This document shows positions 1-8,215 of a stretch of 41,157 bases of DNA, piece after piece. Each line of letters begins with the position of its first letter. Positions within the stretch are counted from its first letter, which is position 1. The translations under genes and the position numbers were made by a program. A model generated the notes under the pieces. The model did not search any database. It saw only the letters and a program-made list of their open reading frames with translations, and had not been told where the DNA came from. Source of the DNA: Arenibacter sp. (GTDB taxonomy: Bacteria > Bacteroidota > Bacteroidia > Flavobacteriales > Flavobacteriaceae); the NCBI GenBank assembly GCA_041582955.1, contig JBFHGV010000001.1, forward strand, positions 1-41,157. Reading direction: 5' to 3'.

Positions 1-253
1 CCCCAACAACAGGGACGACAATGATGTAATGAAATTGCTTTATGCGAGTGAGTTGGATACAGTGCTGAATTCGGGCCTTGAGTTATTGTGCAAACAGGAA
101 CGAAAAGTTCTTAGAATGAAAATTAATGGTTGCAGCACCAAGGAGATTTGCAGTACACTAGGTATCACCAAGGTGAATAGTTGGGTGGCATTGAGCCGCG
201 CACGTAAGAAAATAAGACATTACCTCGATAGTAATTGGCATGACGTTGCTTAA
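1..253 (+). CDS. 3' end of an ECF RNA polymerase sigma factor (region 4), truncated by the window edge
   Basis: Frame is open from base 2 (PNNRDDNDVMKLL...). It ends in a sigma-4 HTH pattern 'ERKVLRMKINGCSTKEICSTLGITKVNSWVALSRARKKIRHYL'. Confidence 0.75.
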   Translation, partial: PNNRDDNDVMKLLYASELDTVLNSGLELLCKQERKVLRMKINGCSTKEICSTLGITKVNSWVALSRARKKIRHYLDSNWHDVA

Positions 254-383
254 ATCCGTTCCATGAAACATTTTTGACTAGACATACAATTGATCATACA
301 CCGTGTTGGCATAGTTTGCCTAGATATATATAGGCAGTATAGGTATAAATATCAAGAACATACAGAACTGAAAATACGGCATT

Positions 384-794
384 ATGAATGAAAAAAATTG
401 CCTATATCGCCTTTTACCAAGGAAAGGCCAAAATAAAAGTACAATTGGCGGAGGACGCCTGGAACGGCAAGATCCCGCCACGTTATCCAAGGCCTACACA
501 GCCGACACGGAGTGGAGGAACAGGTCGCAATTCGTTAACGGCCGCACGGAAGTAGTTGCCTTTTTGAGCAATAAATGGAATAAAGAAATAAACTATAAAT
601 TTAGAAAGGAACTATGGGCATTTTCCGACAATAGGATAGCTGTACATTTCGAGTACGAGTACCAGGATCATGAAGGACAAAGGTATCGGGCGTACGGCAA
701 CGAGAATTGGGAATTCAATGAGAATGGCCTCATGAAAACGCGGTACGCCAGTATCAATGACCATCCTATATCGGAAAAAATGAGAAAACTATAA
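384..794 (+). pseudogene. DUF1348 / NTF2-like (SnoaL-fold) protein with an N-terminus scrambled by three compensating frameshifts
   Basis: C-terminal part has family motifs 'AYTADTEWRNRSQF', 'KELWAFSDNRIAV', 'RAYGNENWEF', 'RYASIND'. The expected N-terminus (LPISPFTKE; AKIKVQLAEDAWN) is present but in the two other frames between 398 and 470. Confidence 0.75.
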
Positions 795-804
795 TATCCT
801 TTAA

Positions 805-1686
805 ATGAAAATTTTTAACACCTACACCCTTATCAACGAACATACTGGAAATACCGCCTTTAGAATTTGGGACTTTGAGGACAACGGACAATTTTGTAGG
901 GTCAATCAGTTGAACCACTACTCCCTAATATGGATAAAAAAAGGAAGTGGTACCGCCACGATTGATCTTTCGGAACATGATTTCACCCATAGCACCATGT
1001 TCGCATTGACACCACATCAATATATTAAATTTACGGAAAAAGAGCGATTGGAGGGTGTAGCGTTAAATTTCCATCCTGATTTTTTCTGCATCCACAAGCA
1101 CCAGGACCAGGTAGCATGTAACGGGGTTCTTTTCAACAATGTCTACAATCCCCCGATGCTTCAAATAAACAACAAGTCCAAAGGGGATTTTGAGATGTTG
1201 ATCTCCCTAATGAGAAATGGGATACAGAATGTTGATCTGGCCCAATATGATCTTTTGGTCTCCTATTTGAAGGTATTCCTGATTACCGCCTCACGCATCA
1301 AGGTCCAACAGCACCCTGAGGAGTTGGATGCCGTTCCGGACAACACGGAGCCCTTTATACTCCAAAAACTTTTGGACTTGATCGAGGACAATTTCAAGTC
1401 CAAGCATTCGGCCAGTGAATATGCCGAACTGTTGAACATAAGCCCTCAAGCCTTAGCGAAAATTACCAAGAGCCATTTCAACAAGACCATGACAAATCTC
1501 ATAGCGGAAAGGATAATAATAGAGGCCAAACGAGAGCTCTACCTTACACGCAAATCGGTCAAGGAGATCGCATTTGATCTTGGTTATGATGATGAACACT
1601 ATTTTAGTCGATTTTTCAAGAACAATGTAGACATTTCACCAACCGTATACAGGGAAACCGCTGGTTTTGTAAGGGCAGTTTCTTAA
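805..1686 (+). CDS. AraC family transcriptional regulator
   Basis: Cupin-like N-terminus (YSLIWIKKGSG; FHPDFFCIHKH) and C-terminal double HTH 'KSVKEIAFDLGYDDEHYFSRFFKNNVDISPTVYR'. Confidence 0.93.
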   Translation: MKIFNTYTLINEHTGNTAFRIWDFEDNGQFCRVNQLNHYSLIWIKKGSGTATIDLSEHDFTHSTMFALTPHQYIKFTEKERLEGVALNFHPDFFCIHKHQDQVACNGVLFNNVYNPPMLQINNKSKGDFEMLISLMRNGIQNVDLAQYDLLVSYLKVFLITASRIKVQQHPEELDAVPDNTEPFILQKLLDLIEDNFKSKHSASEYAELLNISPQALAKITKSHFNKTMTNLIAERIIIEAKRELYLTRKSVKEIAFDLGYDDEHYFSRFFKNNVDISPTVYRETAGFVRAVS

Positions 1687-1742
1687 ATACTCCTTCGAAC
1701 AATTCAGCATAAAAACATCATCCAATTTTAAAATTTACATTT

Positions 1743-2120
1743 ATGAAATCATGCGTTATTCAAAGAAAAGTAAACAGTAATTTTTTAGACACATATGAGT
1801 CTGTAAAGTATAGTATAGAGCGAAATGGATTTCTGTTGTTACCTGAAATTGATACTCAAAAGATTGTTTCCGAACATGGGGTTGTAATACCAAAACTGAT
1901 CCAATTATTGTTTTTTGATCCTAAACACGTAAGCCAAATCATGAAAAAAGATCCATTGGCATTCAACGATATCCCATTAAAAATTGTACTAAGGGATTTA
2001 GAAGATGGAACTACTGAGGTGAGTTTCCAAAATCCTATTGGAAATTTGATAGACTACAATGTGGAAAGTGAGATGCTGCTTGAACTAGAATTGCGCCTCG
2101 ATGAAATTTTTTACTTATAA
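1743..2120 (+). CDS. DUF302 domain protein
   Basis: 125 aa; 'GFLLLPEIDTQK...LLFFDPK...MKKDPLAFNDIPLKIVL' matches the DUF302 pattern. Confidence 0.75.
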   Translation: MKSCVIQRKVNSNFLDTYESVKYSIERNGFLLLPEIDTQKIVSEHGVVIPKLIQLLFFDPKHVSQIMKKDPLAFNDIPLKIVLRDLEDGTTEVSFQNPIGNLIDYNVESEMLLELELRLDEIFYL

Positions 2121-2214
2121 TCACCATTTACTACCAGGAAAAATCAACCGGAAATGCATTTAATACCTCTTAATATTTTAGTCTCGTTTGCTAATGCCGG
2201 AATATTATAAAGTT

Positions 2215-2724
2215 ATGAAAAATTACATTAAAAAATATAAGACAAAAGAATCGAGTCCAGATCATTTAGGTATTCATTTTTCGGTCATTTCGGGAATAGG
2301 TGGATTCATAGCAATAGCTTCTGTAGCTTTATTAACCCATCTTACTCAATCTCCATTTTTAATGGCTCCATTCGGTGCTACCTGTGTTCTAGCTTTTGGA
2401 GTTCCAAACAGTCCCTTGGCACAACCTAGAAATATTATCGGAGGTCATTTCATATCCACCCTGATAGGGTTAGTCTGTTTGATCCTTTTAGGTAACGAGT
2501 GGTACTCTTTGGCATTGGGTGTTGCATTGGCGATTAGTATAATGCAACTGACGCGGACAACGCACCCTCCTGCTGGCGCTGATCCAATAGTTGTGATTTT
2601 AGGCGCAAAAACTTTAAGCTTCGTTTTTAGCCCTGTGCTGACCGGAGCAGTTGTCATAACCATGATAGCATTAATATTTAATAACCTGAGTAAGGCACGA
2701 AAGTATCCAACCTACTGGAAATAG
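2215..2724 (+). CDS. HPP family integral membrane protein
   Basis: Motifs 'MAPFGATCVL', 'SPLAQPRNIIGGH', 'TTHPPAGA'. ATG at 2215 preferred over the in-frame TTG at 2188. Confidence 0.93.
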   Translation: MKNYIKKYKTKESSPDHLGIHFSVISGIGGFIAIASVALLTHLTQSPFLMAPFGATCVLAFGVPNSPLAQPRNIIGGHFISTLIGLVCLILLGNEWYSLALGVALAISIMQLTRTTHPPAGADPIVVILGAKTLSFVFSPVLTGAVVITMIALIFNNLSKARKYPTYWK

Positions 2725-2877
2725 TATTAAGCCGTGTGCAGGTAAAATCAAAATCAAAGCTTGGTGGAACATAAAAGGAATTTGAGTGGATTTAAAATCG
2801 CTTTGTTCTTTTAAAATTACTTTGACAGGGTCAATGACCATTAAAAATTAATTTAAAATTTGTATTGAAGTCCTAAA

Positions 2878-4101
2878 ATGAGAAAACTACTTTCCAATTA
2901 TATTAACACTTTTCAGGGCCTATCCCTTGACGTATGGTGGTTGGCGTTGATTACGCTCGTTAATAGGGCCGGTACAATGGTTGTTCCTTTTCTATCCCTG
3001 TACCTTACCACTAGTCTTGGTTTTACGTTTTCTGAAGTTGGGTGGGTAATGTCTTTATTTGGATTGGGCTCCGTGGTCGGTACTTGGTTGGGCGGAATAC
3101 TGACGGATAAAATTGGATATTATAAAGTAATGGTAATAAGTCTCTTGGCCTCAGGAGTATTTTTTGTAGCTTTTCAGTTCATGACTACATTCGTAGCTTT
3201 TGGTGTAGGTGTCTTTGTTTTAATGCTATTAGCCGATATGTTTCGTCCGGCTGTCTTGGTTGCCTTAAGCACATATAGTACCCCGGAAAACATGACTCGT
3301 TCCGTAACCTTAATCCGATTGGCGATCAATTTAGGTTTTTCTGTAGGACCAACATTGGGAGGTCTTATTATTTTTACACTTGGTTACGATGGCTTGTTTT
3401 TGGTAGATGGCATTGCTAGCATTATTGCCGGGATACTACTGTTAAATATTCTGGTTGCAAAGAACACTAAGATATTTGATAACAAAAAAGTAAATAGGCC
3501 CAGCAAGGCTTACGAGGATAAGGCATTTCTTTTTCTATTGGCGGCCATGACACTTTTTGGGGTTACCTTTTTTCAGCTATTGTCTACCTTGCCCTTATTC
3601 TATAAGGACATCCATCAATTGACGGAAGGGGAAATAGGCCTGTTGCTTGGCTTGAACGGCTTCATCATTTTTATTTTCGAAATGCCATTGATCAAATGGC
3701 TGGAGAATAGCAAAAATAGTTTTTCAAAGCTTATACTATTCGGTGTGCTATTGACCGGATCAAGCTTTTTGGCACTTAATCTGATAGGGGGGATTGGGGC
3801 TCTATACATCGGTATGACATTGATCACCATTGGAGAAATGATCGTGTTCCCATTTTCCAATTCCCTGGCTCTAATAAGATCCAAAGAAGGCAATCAGGGA
3901 CAATATATGGCATACTATTCCATTTCATTTTCTTTAGCACATATTTTTGGACATAGTGTGGGAATGAATTTAGTTTCTAATTTGGGTTTCACGTCCACTT
4001 GGTATGTAATATCATTTTTGGCCGCATTAAGTGTACTTTTTGTTTTATTGTTAATTCGTGAGCTAAAGCTCGAAAAAAGTATAAAGTCGATTGAATTGTA
4101 G
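2878..4101 (+). CDS. MFS transporter
   Basis: 407 aa, about 12 hydrophobic segments, MFS motif A 'GGILTDKIGYYK', 'NRAGTMVVPFLSLYL'. Confidence 0.92.
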   Translation: MRKLLSNYINTFQGLSLDVWWLALITLVNRAGTMVVPFLSLYLTTSLGFTFSEVGWVMSLFGLGSVVGTWLGGILTDKIGYYKVMVISLLASGVFFVAFQFMTTFVAFGVGVFVLMLLADMFRPAVLVALSTYSTPENMTRSVTLIRLAINLGFSVGPTLGGLIIFTLGYDGLFLVDGIASIIAGILLLNILVAKNTKIFDNKKVNRPSKAYEDKAFLFLLAAMTLFGVTFFQLLSTLPLFYKDIHQLTEGEIGLLLGLNGFIIFIFEMPLIKWLENSKNSFSKLILFGVLLTGSSFLALNLIGGIGALYIGMTLITIGEMIVFPFSNSLALIRSKEGNQGQYMAYYSISFSLAHIFGHSVGMNLVSNLGFTSTWYVISFLAALSVLFVLLLIRELKLEKSIKSIEL

Positions 4102-4216
4102 TCGTAGATTAACCAGATATAGATTATATACTCTATCCGTTTTATTCAGGTCAAATGATAGCCCGAATTCGGATACGGAATTTGTAAAATACTTGAACTA
4201 ATGAAAAAATTGCCAT

Positions 4217-4684
4217 ATGAAGACACCTGAAGATTTTATGAGACATTGTCTGTATCTGGGACTTAGGGCTCTGGAAAGTGGTAACCCACCGGTTGGAGCT
4301 ATCCTTGTATATAGAGATAAAATTATTGGGGAAGGAATTGAGTCTGGTAAGTCAACTGGAGATTATACAAATCATGCGGAGATATTGGTTATTCGAGATG
4401 CGATTGAAAAGGGCAACATTGAAATATTGTCTCAATCTACCATGTACAGTACCCATGAACCATGTGTTATGTGTTCTTATTTGATACGGGCCCACAAAAT
4501 AGCAACAATTGTTTATGGTACTGATGTCAAAAACCTGGGGGGAGCCACTTCTAGGTATAGCCTTTTGCTGGAGAATGAAGTCCCTAATTGGGGAGATGCA
4601 CCTCTCATTGTACCAGGAATATTGGAAGAAGAAAGCATGGAGCTAACTAAGTTATATGTAAAAAAAAAGCATAAAGAAATGTGA
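4217..4684 (+). CDS. Zinc-dependent nucleoside/nucleotide deaminase (TadA/guanine-deaminase-like)
   Basis: 'GNPPVGAILV', 'HAE' and 'EPCVMC' zinc-ligand motifs. Confidence 0.9.
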   Translation: MKTPEDFMRHCLYLGLRALESGNPPVGAILVYRDKIIGEGIESGKSTGDYTNHAEILVIRDAIEKGNIEILSQSTMYSTHEPCVMCSYLIRAHKIATIVYGTDVKNLGGATSRYSLLLENEVPNWGDAPLIVPGILEEESMELTKLYVKKKHKEM

Positions 4685-5013
4685 GAACAGACCTATAAAA
4701 ATCAACTTTGGTAATTTAAAAGCAATTGCATCAAACTAGCCTAATCCTTAAATTAAAATAGGTCCGAAGTCTAGCTGATATCTGTGAAAAATAAGGGCAC
4801 TGGTGAATGTTCTGTTCAATTAACCCATACAATATATCGCAGATGGATTCGTGATTGATATGTTCAAATAAATTATGCAGTGAATTACTATTGAGATAAT
4901 TGAAAATCTGAATGCTTTTAGATTTTTTTTTACACAAATCTATTCACAGTTGTCATTTTTTACTGTCTAACATAATGTAGGCAAAATTCATTGTCTATTT
5001 AAATTATTAAAAT

Positions 5014-5427
5014 ATGAGTCAAGTAAAAAATCACGATGTACAAAGTGTAAATATTCAAACCTCCGTAAATGAGGCTTTTGAATACCTTTCCAACCCCTTA
5101 AACCTCCCGAATTGGACAGGTGCTTTTAAAGAGGTTGATGGACAGTCTGCACTCCTATTAACACCAAATGGTGAAATAAAAATTGGACTTGAAACCACAA
5201 CAAACCGGGAAACAGGAACCATAGACTGGTATATGTCGATGCCCGACGGAAGTATGGGAGTAGCCTATTCTCGAATTGTTCATGGACCGGATAACAAGGC
5301 CATTTATTCATTTTTATTAATGGCTCCACCGGTACCTTTAGAGGAAATAGAGGGAACGTTAAACACTCAAATTGGGCAATTAAAGGAAGAACTTAGGAAA
5401 CTGAAAACGATTTTGGAGAAAGAGTAA
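5014..5427 (+). CDS. SRPBCC/START-fold (polyketide-cyclase-like) protein
   Basis: 'SVNIQTSVNEAFEYLSNPLNLPNW' start and C-terminal helix 'EELRKLKTILE'. Confidence 0.75.
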   Translation: MSQVKNHDVQSVNIQTSVNEAFEYLSNPLNLPNWTGAFKEVDGQSALLLTPNGEIKIGLETTTNRETGTIDWYMSMPDGSMGVAYSRIVHGPDNKAIYSFLLMAPPVPLEEIEGTLNTQIGQLKEELRKLKTILEKE

Positions 5428-5434
5428 ATTGGTT

Positions 5435-5458
5435 TGGGCCGGGTTTTAATCCGGCCCA
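5435..5458 (+). terminator. GC-rich stem-loop between the SRPBCC and sigma genes (weak terminator or mRNA-stabilising hairpin)
   Basis: TGGGCCGG (5435-5442) / CCGGCCCA (5451-5458), with only a short T tail. Confidence 0.55.
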
Positions 5459-5485
5459 TTACATATAACAAAAATAATTTAGTAA

Positions 5486-6298
5486 ATGGATGAACGGGAA
5501 CTAATTAAATCATGTTTGGATGGGAATAAAAAGAGTCTAGAATTCTTAATTGGATCTATTCAGGATTTAATATATAATTTATCGATCCGATTTTTATGGA
5601 ATAAACAGGATGCAGAAGATGCGACACAGGAAATTTTAATAAAAGTATTGACTAATTTAAGCAAGTACGATGGTAGGAGTAAGTTTACCACTTGGGTATA
5701 TCGGCTAGCAACTAATTATTTGATAAACCTGAAAAAATCGACATTGGAGAAAACCTTTACCACTTTTGATGTTTTTGCAACTGACCTCAAATCAAATATT
5801 GAACCAAAAAGCTATGAATTGCCCGATAAGGACTTGATGGAAAGGGAAATGAAGACGGGTTGCACGTTGGCCATGCTTCAATGCCTAAATAGAGAATTAA
5901 GAATTGCATTTATCTTAGGGAGTATTCTTAAACTAAAAAGTAATGAAGCGGCAAATATTGTTAATATATCACCAGAGAATTTTAGGAAACGTCTCCAAAA
6001 GTCAAGAAAATTAATTGGTTATTTTTTGAGTGGTAATTGCGGGGTTTACAACCCTAACAACTCATGTAGGTGTAGTCATAAAATAAATGTTGCAATTTCT
6101 AGTGGCAGAATTGTAAGGAACAGTCCAAATTTTACCAATACCATGGAAGTCTACAACAATGAAATGGAAGAACTGGCTTCAATGGAGGGCATTTATAGAA
6201 ATCACGGAACTTTTAGTTCTGGTTCTAAATTCATTGTGGAACTAAAAGGGATACTCGAAAGGAAAGGAATAATAAATAACACTGCCTTCTTAAAATAA
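5486..6298 (+). CDS. ECF sigma factor with cysteine-rich C-terminal extension
   Basis: Region 2 'DAEDATQEILIKV...SKFTTWVYRLATN', 'CTLAMLQCL', region 4 'ENFRKRLQKSRK', then 'CGVYNPNNSCRC' and about 70 further residues. Confidence 0.9.
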   Translation: MDERELIKSCLDGNKKSLEFLIGSIQDLIYNLSIRFLWNKQDAEDATQEILIKVLTNLSKYDGRSKFTTWVYRLATNYLINLKKSTLEKTFTTFDVFATDLKSNIEPKSYELPDKDLMEREMKTGCTLAMLQCLNRELRIAFILGSILKLKSNEAANIVNISPENFRKRLQKSRKLIGYFLSGNCGVYNPNNSCRCSHKINVAISSGRIVRNSPNFTNTMEVYNNEMEELASMEGIYRNHGTFSSGSKFIVELKGILERKGIINNTAFLK

Positions 6299-6310
6299 AT
6301 ATAAAGCCCT

Positions 6311-6335
6311 AAGGGGCAAAAGCAGTGCCCTTTTT
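6311..6335 (+). terminator. Probable intrinsic terminator after the ECF sigma gene
   Basis: AAGGGGCA-aaagcag-TGCCCTTTTT hairpin with T-run, 13 nt after the stop codon. Confidence 0.6.
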
Positions 6336-6696
6336 ACTTTTATATGCGCAATGTAGATAGGTGGGTTCTGTCCAATAGATATAATCCTTAGTATTCTGAA
6401 TTAATCGTAACATATTCATTTGTAAGTTGTTCGTTTTGCATCTGATCGTTATTTCACATATTTATGTGTAAAGTTGGTCTTTTATTTTCGACATAATTAT
6501 AGCAGTTGACATCAGATGGGAATTCAATTATTGGGTATGACCTAGGCCCAATATATAGAAGGCAATATTTTACATGTAGTTGCGGCCAAGTATAATGAAG
6601 CAAATAAAGTGGGTTTCCTAGTCTGTTTTTAAAAGCGGGGATGTCAGCTGATTTAAACAATTATTTTACAAGAGGTATTACTACAAAATCTAATAA

Positions 6697-7500
6697 ATGA
6701 AATTTTTTCAGATAACTCTCATAATTTCTCTTCTTTCTATAGGCGGTTGCAAAGAAAAAGATAATACATCTACCACTTCGATACAACACCATGTAGCCAA
6801 TGTCAGTTCTGACAGCAAAAAACATTGGGGATATAAAGGTGAGACCGGTCCTGAACACTGGAAGGAAATCGAAAAAAATTCTGAATGTGGAGGATCCTTA
6901 CAATCGCCTATAAATATTGTAAATTATGTTTTGGATTCTACCTTGCAAAAACTAAATGTGCAGTACGCAGCTAGCACACATATACATGATGTAGTGAATA
7001 ATGGCCATACAATTCAGTACAATTTTGAGGTAGGGGATTTTATTCTTTTGAATAACGTTAAACTTGCACTAAAGCAGTTTCATATACATGAGCCGGCAGA
7101 ACATTTAATAGACGGGGTAAGATTTCCCATGGAATTGCATCTGGTCCATCAAAATGAGAAAGGAGAATATGCAGTGTTGTCAGTGATGGCAAAAGAAGGG
7201 ATAAACAGTGATCCCTTTGAATTTTTGGAACGGTTCTTACCATTGGAAGTTGGTGATGTTCAAACAGTGGATTTGGCGTTTGATATGAACTTTAGCTTGC
7301 CAGAGGACAAAGCTTATTTCACCTATATGGGTTCCTTGACTACACCTCCTTGTACTGAAAATGTCCAGTGGTTCATATTTAGGGAACCGATAACCGTGTC
7401 TTTGGAACAGGTCAATAAAATAAAAAAATTAATGCCTTTAAATAATTACCGCGGAATTCAACCCCAAAATAGTCGGCCAGTATTTTTATCTGCCCGTTAA
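6697..7500 (+). CDS. cah: Alpha-class carbonic anhydrase, lipoprotein
   Basis: Lipobox 'LLSIGGC'; 'HWGYKGETGPEHW', 'QSPINI', 'QFHIHEPAEH', 'ELHLVH', 'GSLTTPPCTENVQW'. Confidence 0.95.
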   Translation: MKFFQITLIISLLSIGGCKEKDNTSTTSIQHHVANVSSDSKKHWGYKGETGPEHWKEIEKNSECGGSLQSPINIVNYVLDSTLQKLNVQYAASTHIHDVVNNGHTIQYNFEVGDFILLNNVKLALKQFHIHEPAEHLIDGVRFPMELHLVHQNEKGEYAVLSVMAKEGINSDPFEFLERFLPLEVGDVQTVDLAFDMNFSLPEDKAYFTYMGSLTTPPCTENVQWFIFREPITVSLEQVNKIKKLMPLNNYRGIQPQNSRPVFLSAR

Positions 7501-8151
7501 ACACATTGTTTAACTGTTCTTTTTAATAAACGCCAATATATAAAGTTAAAAGCAGAAATCTTTTATATAAGCTATACCAACAGTACCAATTGGTTTCAGT
7601 TACACCTTTAAAAAAAATCTTGCTGCCAATACAAAAGAATTACGTTGATAGATTTAACAAAATGAATAAAAAAGAACCGCTAAGGTGATTTTCAGTTCGA
7701 TTATTGTTTTTAGGATAGTGCGAATTTCAGGAAACCCTTTAATTGTGTAAGAACCATTAAGCAAATGTTAGGATATATTGATTGTCTAATACCATATTCC
7801 TCGGATTGGATTGTATACCCCCATGATTTGGTTTTCTAAAAATATGATCATGGGCATGAGCATATTAAAGCGCATATGTGGTATTGTTTAGATAACGGCA
7901 ATATCGGTTATATTCCCGAATTTCTCTCTTTGTGTCCTTATCAGGAAAATAAAAAATATCTCAAAGAAGGCAAAGGTATACTGCACTTACAATAAACTTA
8001 GTGGATACAAATTTCTCAAGACAATGATTTTATGGTCATTAATCCCGGTACCGCAGTGGAAAGGATTTTCGGAAATGTCGGTGTATATTTCAAAGGATAG
8101 GCAAACCGTTAGGAGAGATGGTTCAATTGAAGGTTTTAAATGGGATTGTAT

Positions 8152-8159
8152 TAAGTTTG
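8152..8159 (+). promoter_or_regulatory. Bacteroidota housekeeping promoter -7 element for the PUL regulator
   Basis: TAAGTTTG matches TAnnTTTG, 56 nt before the ATG at 8216; TTG at 8127-8129 is a plausible -33 element. Confidence 0.55.
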
Positions 8160-8215
8160 CGTGTCATCCAAAAAATGTTGTAGTCTTAAATACATATCAA
8201 TTACCAATTTAGAAT

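Noticed and set aside
317-336. Inverted repeat TGCCTA-gatatata-TAGGCA
   Set aside because: Only a 6-bp stem with no T-tail; role cannot be supported.
4731-4937. 68-aa minus-strand ORF
   Set aside because: No family signal; likely chance ORF in an AT-rich spacer.
6454-6858. Minus-strand ORFs of 68 and 65 aa
   Set aside because: Non-ATG or overlapping starts, no motif; one overlaps the carbonic anhydrase gene.
7501-8215. Long intergenic region; minus-strand fragment 'YAHAHDHIFRKPNHGG' and ORF 8024-8212
   Set aside because: Interrupted by stops and too short to assign. The ORF overlaps the regulator's likely promoter. A gene remnant or sRNA cannot be supported without a search.
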